64,000 nucleotides of DNA from Longimicrobiales bacterium (GCA_041690395.1 JAWLHJ010000001.1:352001-416000); one strand, 5' to 3'. Positions 1 to 10,677 are shown, numbered from the stretch's first letter. Program-made: numbers and translations. The notes: a model not told the origin generated them from the sequence alone.

Positions 1-619
1 CGATGACCGGCGCGTTCGGAGACGCTTCCGAGAGGATCAGGCGCTCGGCCTCCGGGTCCGGGTATCCGACGGTGATCCGCATGAGGAACCGGTCGAGCTG
101 GCTCTCCGGCAGCGGATACGTGCCGTGGTGCTCGAGCGGGTTCTGCGTGGCCATCACCAGGAACGGGCGGGGCAGGTCGAAGGTGCGGTCGTCGATCGTG
201 ACCCGGCCCTCCTGCATCGCTTCGAGCAGGCCGCTCTGGGTACGGGGCGGCGCCCGGTTGATCTCGTCGGCGAGGACGACGTTGGTGAAGATCGGTCCGG
301 GCCGGACCTCGAACTCCGTGGTGCGCGGGTCGTAGACCGAGACTCCGAGCACGTCCGAAGGGAGGAGGTCGGAGGTGAACTGGATCCGTCGGAATCCGAG
401 CCCGAGCGCCTTCGCGAGCGCGTGGGAGAGCGTCGTCTTTCCGACCCCGGGCACGTCCTCGAAGAGCACGTGGCCACCCGCCAGCAGCGACGCGAGCGCG
501 AGGCGTACGACTTCGCGCTTCCCGTGGAAGACCGTCTCCACTTCCTCGACGAGATGGTCCAGGAGCTCGAGTGATGGTCGCGCTTCGCGCGCGGGCGCCT
601 CGGCTGTCGACTCCGGCAT
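1..619 (-). CDS. moxR: MoxR family AAA+ ATPase (partial, runs off left edge)
   Basis: Manual minus-strand translation (not in ORF track): [74 protein letters not shown] at 619 after GGAAGG. Confidence 0.93.
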   Translation of the reverse strand, partial: MPESTAEAPAREARPSLELLDHLVEEVETVFHGKREVVRLALASLLAGGHVLFEDVPGVGKTTLSHALAKALGLGFRRIQFTSDLLPSDVLGVSVYDPRTTEFEVRPGPIFTNVVLADEINRAPPRTQSGLLEAMQEGRVTIDDRTFDLPRPFLVMATQNPLEHHGTYPLPESQLDRFLMRITVGYPDPEAERLILSEASPNAPVI

Positions 620-992
620 CAACACCTTCCTCTGTGGGTCCGTCGAAGCTCCGCCTACGGGGACGCGAAAGCCGCGGGGGCGCAAGCGTTTTCCCTTATC
701 GAGCGACCTGTCGGAGCGTTCGGAGCTGTCGGGTGGGGGAGCCCGCGAGGCCCCGGTCGAACCCCTCGCGGGCCGGGTGTGCGGAGTGGGAAAGTATAAC
801 ACTCGCGCGGGCAAAAAGGTTCTCGCGCCAGGCCCTGTCCCGCTTGACCCCACCCCTTGGCTCAGGGTAGGTTGATCCCGATTTTTCAGGGCATGTTCCG
901 ATTCGTCACAAGCACACCCCGGACGGTAGCGGAACGTGCCTCCTTGCGCCCGATCCCTGGGCGCGTCGCTTCGTTCAGGACCTAGCCTTCGA

Positions 993-1547
993 ATGAAACA
1001 GCACTGGCTGATCGGCGGCCTCGCCGGAGTATTCGCCCTCGGCGGGCTCGCGTTCGTCCAGGGTGGTGGAGCGGGGGAGAGCGGTGCGCAGAGCGCCGTG
1101 GAGTCCTCGGTCCAGCCCATCGCGTTCCCGCACGACTTGCACGCAGGTAGTGGAGAAGGGCAGGCCAACATGAACTGCCAGTTCTGCCACTACTCCGCGG
1201 AGCGCTCCGTCGACGCGGGGCTCCCGTCCGTGGCGACGTGCTGGGGCTGCCATCAGGTGGTCCAGGGCCAGAACAACCCGGAGGAGGTCGCCAAGATCCA
1301 GGGCTACATGGAGAGCGGCGAGCCGATCCCGTGGGTGCGTATCTACAAGATCTCCGACCATGCCCACTTCCCGCACATGCGGCACATCGATGCCGGCTTC
1401 CAGTGCCAGGACTGTCACGGAGAGGTGCAGGAAATGGGCGTAATCTCAGAACGAGATCCGGTCTGGGGCGGTGACAACATGGGATGGTGCGTGGACTGCC
1501 ATCGTCAGAACGAGGCGTCCATCGATTGCGCCGTCTGCCACTACTAG
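993..1547 (+). CDS. actA: Alternative complex III pentaheme cytochrome c subunit
   Basis: N-terminal hydrophobic helix, QPIAFPH, five CxxCH (CQFCH, CWGCH, CQDCH, CVDCH, CAVCH); start moved to ATG 993. Confidence 0.9.
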   Translation: MKQHWLIGGLAGVFALGGLAFVQGGGAGESGAQSAVESSVQPIAFPHDLHAGSGEGQANMNCQFCHYSAERSVDAGLPSVATCWGCHQVVQGQNNPEEVAKIQGYMESGEPIPWVRIYKISDHAHFPHMRHIDAGFQCQDCHGEVQEMGVISERDPVWGGDNMGWCVDCHRQNEASIDCAVCHY

Positions 1548-1569
1548 CCTCGAGCGCCGGATACATATC

Positions 1570-4500
1570 ATGACCGACGTCAAGCGGCGGGACTTCCTGA
1601 AGGTGCTCGGAGTATCGGGCGCCGGCGCGACCCTCGGGGGTTGCTCCACCGGGGATGTCGAGCGCCTTCTTCCCTATGTCGTGGCACCGGACGAGATCAC
1701 TCCGGGCGTCGCGACCTGGTACACGACGGCCTGCGGCGGATGCTCCGCGGGTTGTGGCATGTGGGTGCGGACGCGCGAAGGGCGCGCCGTGAAAGTCGAG
1801 GGGAACCCCGATCACCCCGTCTCGCAGGGCGGGCTCTGCTCGCGCGGACACGCCACGCTCCAGCATCTCTACAACGCGGACCGCTTCGCCGGCCCGATGA
1901 TCCGCGAGGGCGACCGCCTTCGCCAGGGCACCTGGGACGAAGTCGAGCGCCTGCTGGCCGCCCGTATCGGCAACCTCGCCGACGACCAGAGCGTGCTGTT
2001 CATCGGCGGGAACGCCGGCCCCACGCTCGACACCCTGATCGGTGAGTTCGTCACGGCCGTCGGCGGGGAGCGCGTCACGTACGACGCCGTTTCCGACGCG
2101 CCGCTCCGCGAGGCCGTCCGCATCGCGTACGGCGAGGCCGGCCTCCCGGAGTACGACATCGCGAGCGCGCGTCTGCTCCTGTCGTTCGGGAACGACTTCA
2201 TCGAGAGCGGCCCGTCGCCCGTCGCGCACCAGAAGGGCTTCGCCCGGATGAGCGCGGTCGACGACGCCAACGCGAAGGGGCGGTTCGTCTTCCTCGGGTC
2301 GCGGCTCTCGCTCACCGGTCTCAACGCCGACGAGTGGGTCCCGATCCGGCCCGGCTCGGAAGCGGCGGTGGCGCTGGGCATGGCTTCGGTCATCGCCGAG
2401 GGCGGCGCGGCCGGTCCGTATCAGAATCTGCTGCAGGCCTACACCCCGGCCGTGGCGGCCGAGGCGGCCGGCGTGGACGAGGCGACCATCCGTGAGCTCG
2501 CCGAGCGCTTCGCGGGCGATACGCCGAGCCTGGCCATGGGGCCGGGCGTCGGCTCGCATCACCGCAACGCGACGGCCGCGAATCTGGCGGTCCTCATCCT
2601 CAACGAGGTCGCGGGCAACGTCGGCACCACCGTCCGTTACGGCACGGGCGCGGTCGGCACCACGAGCAGCTACGCGGACATGGAAGGCGCCATCGGGCGC
2701 ATGGCCTCCGGCAATGTCGGCGTCGTCATGGTCCACGGGACCAACCCGGCCTACTCGCTCCCGCAGTCGGCCGGCTTCGTCGAAGCGTTCGAGCAGGTGC
2801 CCTACAAGGTCTGCTTCGCCTCGGCCCCGGACGAGACCACGGCCATGGCCGACCTCATCCTCCCGGACCGGCACTTCCTGGAGGCGTGGGGCGACTCGAT
2901 GGCCCGTACGGGCGTCATGACCATCCAGCAGCCGGTCATGCAGAACGTCCCGCACTTCGACAGCAAGCAGTTCGGCGACGTGCTTCTCTCCGTGGGATCG
3001 CACCTCGGGCACGACCTCGGCGCCGCGACGTTCTACGAGTACCTGCGGGCCCGCCACCAGGCGGCCCACGATCCGGCGACCGGCGACTTCGAGACGGCCT
3101 GGCGCCGAGCGCTCCGCTCGGGCGTGGTCGAGACGTCCGCCCCGGCCGCGGCGACGCCGCAGCTCCGGGCCCCCGATGCCGCGCTGACGTTCGACGTACC
3201 GACCTTCGACGGCGACGGGGACCTCACCCTCATGGTGCACCCGTCGTCCCGCTTCGGCGGCGGCGAGTTCTCCAACAGCCCCTGGCTGCTGGAGCTTCCC
3301 GACCCGGTCTCGAAGATCACCTGGCATTCCTGGCTGGAGATGAACCCGGCGACCGCGGAAGCCCGCGGCATCCGCGAGGGCGACATCGTCACGGTCAACT
3401 CGCCCCACGGCGAGCTCGAGGTCCCGGTCTGGCCGTACCCCGGCATCCGCGAGGACACCGTGGCCCTGGCCATGGGCAGCGGCCACACGAACATGGGTCG
3501 TTGGGCCACCGGCCAGGGCGTGAACGCCGTGACGCTGCTGGGCGCCGTCTCGGAGCAGCCGTCCGGCGGCCTGGTCACGCTCTCCACGAAGGTGTCCGTC
3601 ACGCCGACCGGCGAGCGGCGGCGGCACGCGACCATCGAAGGCTCGAACGATCAGCACGACCGGCCGATCGCGCCGGCCGTCGCGCTCGCCGAGCTCGGTC
3701 ACGCGACCGACGACCACGGCGAAGAGGGCGCGCACCACGGGCCGCTCCAGGAGCTCCAGGGCGTCGGCGGCTTCGTGCCGGTCGACGCGGAGGACGGGGC
3801 GTCGCAGGCGTTCCCGCTCGAGGGCTCCCGCCACGGCGAGTATGCCGACGCGCACGAAGGTCCGCGCTGGGCGATGGCCATCGACCTCGACAAGTGCACC
3901 GGCTGCAGCGCGTGTGTCACGGCCTGTCAGTCGGAGAACAACATCCCCTGGGTCGGCGAGGACCAGGTGCAGATGGGCCGCGACATGAGCTGGATCCGGC
4001 TCGAGCGCTACTACGAGCACATCGACGCCACGCAGGCCAGCCATCTCGACGTCCGCTTCCTGCCCATGCTGTGCCAGCACTGCGGCAACGCGCCGTGCGA
4101 GCCGGTCTGCCCGGTGTTCGCGACCTACCACACGCCCGAGGGCGTGAACGCGCAGATCTACAATCGGTGCGTGGGCACGCGCTACTGCGCCAACAACTGC
4201 CCGTACAAGGTCCGCGTCTACAACTGGTACCGGTACACCGACGAGAACGTCCCCGAGCCGATGAACTGGCAGTGGAACCCGGACGTGACCGTGCGGACCA
4301 ACGGTATCATGGAGAAGTGCTCCTTCTGCATGCAGCGCATCCGCGACGCGGAGAACCGGGCGGCGCTCGAAGAGGGCCGGCCCGTCCGCGACGGCGAGAT
4401 CGTGCCGGCGTGCGAGCAGAGCTGCCCGGCCGAGGCGATCGTCTTCGGTAACATCCGCGACCCGAACTCACGCGTGGCCCAGGTGGTCGCGAGTGAGCGG

Positions 4501-4596
4501 ACCTACAGGGTCCTGGACGAGCTCATCAACACCCAGCCAGCCGTGAACTACCTGAAGAAGGTCACCTTCCACGAGGTGTCCGGAGGGCACGAGTAA
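1570..4596 (+). CDS. actB: Alternative complex III subunit B (molybdopterin-oxidoreductase-like domain fused to Fe-S domain)
   Basis: Tat signal KRRDFLK with LGGC lipobox; KVEGNPDHP; C-terminal DLDKCTGCSACVTAC, CQHCGNAPCEPVCP, CVGTRYCANNCPY, EKCSFC. Confidence 0.92.
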   Translation: MTDVKRRDFLKVLGVSGAGATLGGCSTGDVERLLPYVVAPDEITPGVATWYTTACGGCSAGCGMWVRTREGRAVKVEGNPDHPVSQGGLCSRGHATLQHLYNADRFAGPMIREGDRLRQGTWDEVERLLAARIGNLADDQSVLFIGGNAGPTLDTLIGEFVTAVGGERVTYDAVSDAPLREAVRIAYGEAGLPEYDIASARLLLSFGNDFIESGPSPVAHQKGFARMSAVDDANAKGRFVFLGSRLSLTGLNADEWVPIRPGSEAAVALGMASVIAEGGAAGPYQNLLQAYTPAVAAEAAGVDEATIRELAERFAGDTPSLAMGPGVGSHHRNATAANLAVLILNEVAGNVGTTVRYGTGAVGTTSSYADMEGAIGRMASGNVGVVMVHGTNPAYSLPQSAGFVEAFEQVPYKVCFASAPDETTAMADLILPDRHFLEAWGDSMARTGVMTIQQPVMQNVPHFDSKQFGDVLLSVGSHLGHDLGAATFYEYLRARHQAAHDPATGDFETAWRRALRSGVVETSAPAAATPQLRAPDAALTFDVPTFDGDGDLTLMVHPSSRFGGGEFSNSPWLLELPDPVSKITWHSWLEMNPATAEARGIREGDIVTVNSPHGELEVPVWPYPGIREDTVALAMGSGHTNMGRWATGQGVNAVTLLGAVSEQPSGGLVTLSTKVSVTPTGERRRHATIEGSNDQHDRPIAPAVALAELGHATDDHGEEGAHHGPLQELQGVGGFVPVDAEDGASQAFPLEGSRHGEYADAHEGPRWAMAIDLDKCTGCSACVTACQSENNIPWVGEDQVQMGRDMSWIRLERYYEHIDATQASHLDVRFLPMLCQHCGNAPCEPVCPVFATYHTPEGVNAQIYNRCVGTRYCANNCPYKVRVYNWYRYTDENVPEPMNWQWNPDVTVRTNGIMEKCSFCMQRIRDAENRAALEEGRPVRDGEIVPACEQSCPAEAIVFGNIRDPNSRVAQVVASERTYRVLDELINTQPAVNYLKKVTFHEVSGGHE

Positions 4597-5963
4597 TGGC
4601 CGTCGGCACCACCGAGCGCGGCGCGCTCACGCATCCGGACGTCACCCGGCTCGACGACGTCAACCGCGACGTCCTGAAGGTGCTCTCCACCCCCGGCAAG
4701 GGGTGGTGGGCGCTTTTCGGACTGTGCGTCGCGGGCGTCGGGCTCTTCTTCGGAGCCTGGATCTACCAGATGGTCCGGGGGATCGGCGTCTCGGGCCTCA
4801 CGTCGCCGGTCGGCTGGGGCGTCTACATCACGACCTTCGTGTTCTGGGTCGGTATCGCGCACTCCGGCACGCTGATCTCGGCGATTCTGTTCCTGTTCCG
4901 GGCGCCGTGGCGACAGTCGATCTACCGAGCGGCCGAGGCGATGACGGTCTTCGCCGTCATGACCGCCGGGCTCTTCCCGCTCATTCACGTGGGACGGCTC
5001 TGGCACGCGTACTGGCTGGTCCCGTATCCGAACTCCCGGTTCCTGTGGCCGAACTTCAAGTCGCCGCTGGTCTGGGACGTGTTCGCCGTCACTACGTACT
5101 TCACGGTGTCGGCGGTCTTCTTCTATCTCGGGACGATCCCCGACGTGGCCGCCGCGCGTGACCGCGCGACGGGGCTCCGCAAGAAGCTCTACAGCGCCAT
5201 CTCGCTCGGCTGGCAGGGGACCGACCGCCAGTGGCATCACTTCGGGAAGGCCTACATCTTCCTGGCCGCGCTGGCGACTCCGCTGGTGCTCTCGGTGCAC
5301 TCGGTCGTTTCGTGGGACTTCGCGATGGGCATCGTGCCCGGTTGGCACGCCACCATCTTCGCGCCCTACTTCGTGGCCGGCGCCATCTTCTCCGGCGTGG
5401 CGATGGTGATCACGCTCACCGTGCCGCTCCGGAAGATCTTCGGGCTCGAGGCGTACCTCACCACGAAGCACTTCGACGCGATGGCCAAGCTGTGCCTCCT
5501 CACGTCGCTGATCGTGCTGTACGCGTACCTGTCCGAGTTCTTCATGGCCTGGTACAGCGGTGAGGAGATCGAGCGGACGGCGTTCTGGAACCGCCTCTTC
5601 GGGCAGTACTGGTGGGCCTCCTGGACGATGCTCGTCTGCAACGGCCTCGTCCCGATCATGCTCTGGTTCAAGCGGGTGCGGCATTCGATCCCGGCGCTCT
5701 TCGTCATCTCGATCTTCATCAACATCGGGATGTGGTTCGAGCGCTTCGTGATCGTGGTGGTCTCGCTCTCGCACGAGTACGAGCCGTTCGCCTGGGGTGT
5801 CTACCGACCGTCCATCACCGAGATGAGCATCATGGTCGGGAGCTTCGCCTGGTTCGGCTTCTGGTTCCTGCTCTTCACCCGGCTCCTGCCGCCCATCGCG
5901 ATCCAGGAGCTCAAGGAAGTCCTGCCCGCGCCCATGCGTAAGCAGAACAAGGAGGCCCACTGA
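4596..5963 (+). CDS. actC: Alternative complex III NrfD/PsrC-family quinol-binding membrane subunit
   Basis: WGVYITTFVFWVGIAHSGTLISAIL, RAAEAMT, NFKSPLVWDVFAV, HSVVSWDFA; multi-TM; coupled to actB. Confidence 0.93.
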   Translation: MAVGTTERGALTHPDVTRLDDVNRDVLKVLSTPGKGWWALFGLCVAGVGLFFGAWIYQMVRGIGVSGLTSPVGWGVYITTFVFWVGIAHSGTLISAILFLFRAPWRQSIYRAAEAMTVFAVMTAGLFPLIHVGRLWHAYWLVPYPNSRFLWPNFKSPLVWDVFAVTTYFTVSAVFFYLGTIPDVAAARDRATGLRKKLYSAISLGWQGTDRQWHHFGKAYIFLAALATPLVLSVHSVVSWDFAMGIVPGWHATIFAPYFVAGAIFSGVAMVITLTVPLRKIFGLEAYLTTKHFDAMAKLCLLTSLIVLYAYLSEFFMAWYSGEEIERTAFWNRLFGQYWWASWTMLVCNGLVPIMLWFKRVRHSIPALFVISIFINIGMWFERFVIVVVSLSHEYEPFAWGVYRPSITEMSIMVGSFAWFGFWFLLFTRLLPPIAIQELKEVLPAPMRKQNKEAH

Positions 5964-6487
5964 TGAGCCAGCAGGGCCAGGGCATTCTCGCCTCGTACGA
6001 GTACCTCGACAGCACGGTCGACGCCATCGAGGGGCTCAAGAAGGCGGGCTTCAAGGACATCAAGGCGTTCGCGCCCTACCCCGAGCACCATATCGAGGAC
6101 GCGCTCGGCTACGACCAGAGTCCCGTGCGCGTGTGGACGCTGGTCGGGGGCCTCACCGGCACCGCGACCGGGTTCGCGTTCACCACGTGGACGTCCATGG
6201 ATTGGCCGCTCGTCGTGGGCGGCAAGCCGATCGTCTCGATTCCGGCCTACATCGTCATCGCATTCGAGATGACGGTTCTGTTCGGAGCGCTCGCGACCGT
6301 CATCGGACTCTTCGTTCTGAGCCGGCTTCCGAACTTCAAGCCGGCCGTCGTCTACGATCCGGAGTTCACGGCGGGGCGCTACGGCGTCTACGTCGAGGCT
6401 ACCGGAGACCGCCTCGAGGAGGCGCGCAGGATCATGAACGAGCAGGAACCCATCGAGCTGCGGGAAGGGGAGGCGGCGCATGCGTAA
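5963..6487 (+). CDS. actD: Alternative complex III subunit D (DUF3341-like)
   Basis: APYPEHHIEDALG, WPLVVGGKP, AFEMTVLF; position after actC. Confidence 0.9.
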   Translation: MSQQGQGILASYEYLDSTVDAIEGLKKAGFKDIKAFAPYPEHHIEDALGYDQSPVRVWTLVGGLTGTATGFAFTTWTSMDWPLVVGGKPIVSIPAYIVIAFEMTVLFGALATVIGLFVLSRLPNFKPAVVYDPEFTAGRYGVYVEATGDRLEEARRIMNEQEPIELREGEAAHA

Positions 6488-7112
6488 CGCCACGGGCACG
6501 GCCCGCCGACTCGCCCGCCCGGTCATCGCCGGCCTGGCCATCATCCTGACGGCCGGCGCCTGCAAGCCGCTCGACGACGCCATGGTCATGGTGTTCGGCC
6601 GAAGCATGCGCGACCAGCGCACGTTCGATCCGTACGAGCACCCGCTCCAGGCACCGGAGAACTCGTACGCGTTCGCGTCGGGCAACTACCCGGCCGAGGA
6701 CGGCGTCGTGAACCTCGGCCAGCCGGAGGGCGTCGACGTACCGCGCTTCACCCAGGCCGACCTCGGCACGCCCGGCGTGGGCAACGAGGTCATCCAGGGG
6801 CTGGTGAACCCCATCGACCCGAACGACGCCACGGCGATGGCCCGCGGTCAGGAGCTCTACGACCGCTACTGCATCGTCTGCCACGGGCCGGACGGGGTGG
6901 GCGCCAACGCGAACATCGCCGCGCTCCATCCGATTCTGCCGGCGTACAACCTCTCGGGTGCGCAGGTCGCCGGATACAGCGACCAGTACCTCTACGCGAT
7001 GATCCGGGTCGGCCGCGGGCTCATGCCCGAGTACGGTAGCCGCATCACCCACTTCGATCGCTGGAAGATCGTGAACTACGTGAGAACGCTTCAGGCGGGG
7101 ACGGGCGACTGA
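6480..7112 (+). CDS. actE: Alternative complex III monoheme cytochrome c lipoprotein
   Basis: Lipobox AGAC, MRDQ motif, single CIVCH, GRGLMPEY, DRWKIVNYVR. Confidence 0.88.
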   Translation: MRNATGTARRLARPVIAGLAIILTAGACKPLDDAMVMVFGRSMRDQRTFDPYEHPLQAPENSYAFASGNYPAEDGVVNLGQPEGVDVPRFTQADLGTPGVGNEVIQGLVNPIDPNDATAMARGQELYDRYCIVCHGPDGVGANANIAALHPILPAYNLSGAQVAGYSDQYLYAMIRVGRGLMPEYGSRITHFDRWKIVNYVRTLQAGTGD

Positions 7113-8440
7113 TGGCACACATCCACGTTCCCTCCGAGGTCCCGGTCCGGTATCTGCCGCGCTCGAAGTCCGCGTCGCGGCTCGTGGGCGGACTTTTCGT
7201 GGTCGGCCTGGTCGCCTTCGTCATCCGGCTGGGCCAGGACCCGCTCTCGGCCTGGATCAGCTACGTCACGAACTGGATGTTCTTCACGAGCATCGCCATG
7301 GGCGGGGTCATGTTCGCCGTGGCCACATGGATCGTGAAGGCGAAGTGGAACTGGTCGATGCGCCGGGTGAGTCAGGCGTTCGCCGCGTTCCTGCCCATCT
7401 CGTTCGTCATGATGCTGCCCATGCTCACCCTCGGGGAGGAGTACTTCCCGTGGATCGAGATGATGGCCGACGACGTCGTCGTGCAGAACAAGGCGGCCTA
7501 CCTGAACCTGCCGTTCCTCATCTCGCGGAACGTGCTCGGGCTCATGCTGCTGTTCGGCCTGGCGTCGTACTTCGTGTATCTCGCCGTGCGCCCCGACATG
7601 GGGCTCGTGGAGGGCGAGGAGGAGGGCGATCCCGCCCGGGCGTCGTGGCGTGAGCGGCTGACCCAGGGGTGGATCGGCCAGGAGCAGGAGGAGGTCGCCA
7701 GCTACCACCGGATGACGACCATCGCGCCGGCGATCGTGATGATCTACGCCGTGGTCATGAGCATCGTCAGCTACGACTGGGCCATGTCGCTCGAGCCGCA
7801 CTGGTTCAGCACCATGTTCGGCGCCTGGTTCTTCATGGGCGCGTTCTGGGGCGGCATCGCCTCGACCGCGCTGTGGGCGCTGTACCTGCGGACCCAGCAC
7901 AAGGATTTCGCGAACCACATCGGGCTGCAGCAGCGGCACGACATCGGCAAGCTGACCTTCGCGTTCACGGTGTTCTGGACCTACCTGTTCTTCAGCCAGT
8001 ACATCGTCATCTGGTACGGCAAGCTGCCCTGGGAGCAGGCCTGGATCATCAACCGGTCCGGGCCGGTGTGGGGCAAGTTCTCGCTGCTCGTGATCGTGCT
8101 CTGCTTCCTGGTGCCGTTCGTCGGGCTCATCGGCCGGAAGGCGAAGATGAAGCCGAAGCTACTCGCGTTCTTCGCTTCGGTGATCATGGTCGGGCTCTGG
8201 CTCGAGCGGTACGGCCTGGTCGCGCCGTCGCTCTGGCACGAGGGCGACCCGGTGTTCACCATCTGGCATCCGCTCATCGGATGCATGTTCCTCGGTCTCT
8301 ATATCGGCGCGGTGCGGTGGTTCCTGAGCACCTTCCCCGCCATGCAGCTGTGGCAGCCGATGGTCGATCCGGAGACGGTCGAGGCGGAAGTGCCGCGCGA
8401 CCTGGAAGCGCACGGGTACGGGCGGCTGGGCACGGGCTGA
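7112..8440 (+). CDS. actF: Alternative complex III subunit F
   Basis: DWAMSLEPHWFSTMFG, HDIGKLTFAFTVFWTYLFFSQYIVIWY; multi-TM. Confidence 0.9.
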   Translation: MAHIHVPSEVPVRYLPRSKSASRLVGGLFVVGLVAFVIRLGQDPLSAWISYVTNWMFFTSIAMGGVMFAVATWIVKAKWNWSMRRVSQAFAAFLPISFVMMLPMLTLGEEYFPWIEMMADDVVVQNKAAYLNLPFLISRNVLGLMLLFGLASYFVYLAVRPDMGLVEGEEEGDPARASWRERLTQGWIGQEQEEVASYHRMTTIAPAIVMIYAVVMSIVSYDWAMSLEPHWFSTMFGAWFFMGAFWGGIASTALWALYLRTQHKDFANHIGLQQRHDIGKLTFAFTVFWTYLFFSQYIVIWYGKLPWEQAWIINRSGPVWGKFSLLVIVLCFLVPFVGLIGRKAKMKPKLLAFFASVIMVGLWLERYGLVAPSLWHEGDPVFTIWHPLIGCMFLGLYIGAVRWFLSTFPAMQLWQPMVDPETVEAEVPRDLEAHGYGRLGTG

Positions 8441-8449
8441 GGCCGCTCT

Positions 8450-8956
8450 TCAGCGCGTGCCCTCCAGGAAGCGGTTGATCTCGGCGGCTGCCCGGTCGCA
8501 GAGGGTGCGGTCGGGGTACAGGATGGGCGTGAGGGAGGCCCGTCGGTTGCCTTGTAGCTCCAGTCCGACCCCGTAGACGGGGTCGCCGTCGGAATCGGAG
8601 TCACGGGTCACGACCGCCTCCCGGATCTCCGCCAGCCGGATCTGCTCGCGTCCCGTATGGAACGGGGCCCGCCGCGAGATGACGACTGTCCGCCGGACGG
8701 GATCGATGACGGTGCGGTGGCCGCGGGCCTCGTGGAGGATCCAGGCCCCGGCACCCATGACGGCCAGGCTCACGGCCCAGGCCACGCCCCGCTCCCAGAG
8801 CCCCACTTCGTAGAGGTTCACGAAGCCGCCGAGGAGCCCGTAGACGAAGATCCCGCCGATGGCCACGAAGAAGACGCCCAGAACGGGAACCGGGCCGGCG
8901 GATGCTTCCACCACCAGCTGGCTCCCGTCCTGGCGCACGACTACGGGGTCCTTCAT
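8450..8956 (-). CDS. Hypothetical membrane protein (2 TM + possible PH-like C-terminal domain)
   Basis: Two hydrophobic helices then beta-rich tail; follows proC closely. Confidence 0.65.
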   Translation of the reverse strand: MKDPVVVRQDGSQLVVEASAGPVPVLGVFFVAIGGIFVYGLLGGFVNLYEVGLWERGVAWAVSLAVMGAGAWILHEARGHRTVIDPVRRTVVISRRAPFHTGREQIRLAEIREAVVTRDSDSDGDPVYGVGLELQGNRRASLTPILYPDRTLCDRAAAEINRFLEGTR

Positions 8957-8960
8957 CGGA

Positions 8961-9782
8961 TCACTCCGAGTACAGGTCGGCCGCCGCGCGCGCCGACGTC
9001 ACGATCCCGCGGATCATCGCGGACGAGAAGCCGGCGTGCTCCATCTCGTTCAGGCCGGTGATGGTGCACCCGCGCGGAGTCGTCACCCGGTCGATCTCGC
9101 TCTCGGGGTGCGCGCCGGTGCGGAGTGCGAGCGCGGCGGCCCCCTTGGCAGTCTGGGCCGCCAGCAGCGCCGCATCCTCCGGATGGAAGCCGATCTCGAT
9201 GCCGCCCTGGCCCGCGGCCCGCACGCAGCGGAGGAAGAACGCGATCCCGCAGGCGCAGAGCGCGGTCGCCGGCACGATCATGTCCTCGGGGATGACCAGG
9301 GTGCGGCCCACGACGTCGAAGAGCTCCTCGGCTTCGCGGAGGATGTCGGCGCTGCCCCCCTCCTCGCCCGCGAGGCACGTCATCGACTCGCCGATCATGA
9401 CCGCGGTGTTCGGCATGGCGCGCACGATGGGGACCGACGTGCCGCCCGCGGCCTTCCGGATCTCGTCGATCGAGGCGCCCGACACGACGGAGATCAGCCG
9501 ATGCCGTCCGGACTCCAGCGCCGGCCCGATCTCGCCCAGGAGCGCGCCGAGCTGCTGCGGCTGCACGGCGAGCACGATCAGATTCGCCCCCCGCACCGCC
9601 TCGGCGTTCGAGTCGGTCACCACGAAGCCCTCCGCGGAGAGGGCCGCCAGCTTCTCGGGGTGGCGGCGGGTCACGACGATGCGGCCCGCCTCGAACGAGC
9701 CCGCGCGGGCCCAGCCACGTGCCAGCGCCTCGCCCAGATTGCCGCCGCCCAGGATGGCCACGTCATACAGCTTCTCGCTCAC
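8961..9782 (-). CDS. proC: Pyrroline-5-carboxylate reductase
   Basis: ILGGGNLG, LAVQPQ, IVRAMPNT, VTTPRGCTITGL; GTG start at 9782. Confidence 0.93.
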   Translation of the reverse strand: MSEKLYDVAILGGGNLGEALARGWARAGSFEAGRIVVTRRHPEKLAALSAEGFVVTDSNAEAVRGANLIVLAVQPQQLGALLGEIGPALESGRHRLISVVSGASIDEIRKAAGGTSVPIVRAMPNTAVMIGESMTCLAGEEGGSADILREAEELFDVVGRTLVIPEDMIVPATALCACGIAFFLRCVRAAGQGGIEIGFHPEDAALLAAQTAKGAAALALRTGAHPESEIDRVTTPRGCTITGLNEMEHAGFSSAMIRGIVTSARAAADLYSE

Positions 9783-9922
9783 GGGTCCCCCTTCAGGATG
9801 CGCGGACGGATAGCGGGCCGCCGCGCGGTGTATTCGGAGTCGTCGCCGGTCGCACGCCCCTCGCGTGCCTCCCGGGTTCGTGGCTAACGTAATCGATCGC
9901 AACGTCACACGGAGCCTCGCCT

Positions 9923-10420
9923 ATGCACTGCAAGACACCTCGTTCGTCACTCTTCCCGCTCGCCCTTCCGCTCGTGCTCCTTACGCTGGCCGCGTCGGGC
10001 TGCCTGCAGGACGAGCCCGCGGGTCCCTCGGTCGACTACCAGGTCATCGAGGACGTCACGTTCGCCGAGAGTCTCGGCATCGATCTCGACGCGATGACCG
10101 TGACCAGCGAAGGCATCTACATCCAGGATCTCGTCGAAGGCGCCGGCCCCGAAGCCGACTTCGGCGACCAGGTCGCGATCGTCTACAGCGGATACCTGAA
10201 CACCGGCGTTCAGTACCTCCAGGAAGACACCATCGAGTTCCAGCTCGGTGGAGAGATCGTGCCCGAGGGCGTGCACCTGGCGATGCTCGGGCAGCAGGCG
10301 GGCGGCGAGCGCCTCATGGTGATCCCACCGCGGTACGGGTACGGCGCGCGCTCGTACGAGAACGTGCCGGCCGGGTCGATTCTGATCTTCCGGGTCGAGC
10401 TGCTGGAGCTGATCGGCTAG
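9923..10420 (+). CDS. FKBP-type peptidyl-prolyl isomerase lipoprotein
   Basis: Lipobox ASGC; DLVEGAG, YSGYL, GGERLMVIPPRYGYG, VPAGSILIFRVEL. Confidence 0.88.
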   Translation: MHCKTPRSSLFPLALPLVLLTLAASGCLQDEPAGPSVDYQVIEDVTFAESLGIDLDAMTVTSEGIYIQDLVEGAGPEADFGDQVAIVYSGYLNTGVQYLQEDTIEFQLGGEIVPEGVHLAMLGQQAGGERLMVIPPRYGYGARSYENVPAGSILIFRVELLELIG

Positions 10421-10501
10421 CGGGCCTGGCTGGCCTGCGGCCGGTTCGCTCGCCAGGGCATCTGATTCGAATGAGCCGGGGCTTGGGTGCGGGCTGTGGT
10501 C

Positions 10502-10677
10502 TCTTCCGCGCGGGCCATTCGAAAGTCGTTCGAACGTCGAACGAGTTGGAACGTGGGTCGGGTGGCGACGCCAGGGAGGATTCCCGCGTAGTACCTGCGC
10601 CCGGCAGCCGGCGTCCTCGCCACGGTGACGGCAGAGATCGTTCGAACCTCGAACGAGTTTCAACCCTGCGGGGAAGA
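10502..10677. repeat. Dispersed palindromic repeat family A, copy 1
   Basis: Two TCGTTCGA-N3-TCGAACGA palindromes (10526-10544, 10638-10656), imperfect inverted ends TCTTCC..GGAAGA; homologous to reverse complement of 20162-20337. Confidence 0.8.

Noticed and set aside
844..920. TTGACC-N18-TAGGTT promoter and FNR/Rex-like half sites upstream of actA
   Set aside because: Half sites lack a matching partner at the right spacing; promoter match too weak to call
982..4131. 1049-aa minus-strand ORF and similar long antisense ORFs (10726-12723, 14383-16125, 23226-25427, 39484-41898, 43431-45299)
   Set aside because: Shadow frames of well-supported genes in high-GC DNA; no motifs
10502..10677. Palindromic repeats as a CRISPR array or integron attC sites
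   Set aside because: Only two units per locus, 112-bp period, no cas or integrase genes, no GTTRRRY/RYYYAAC ends recognised
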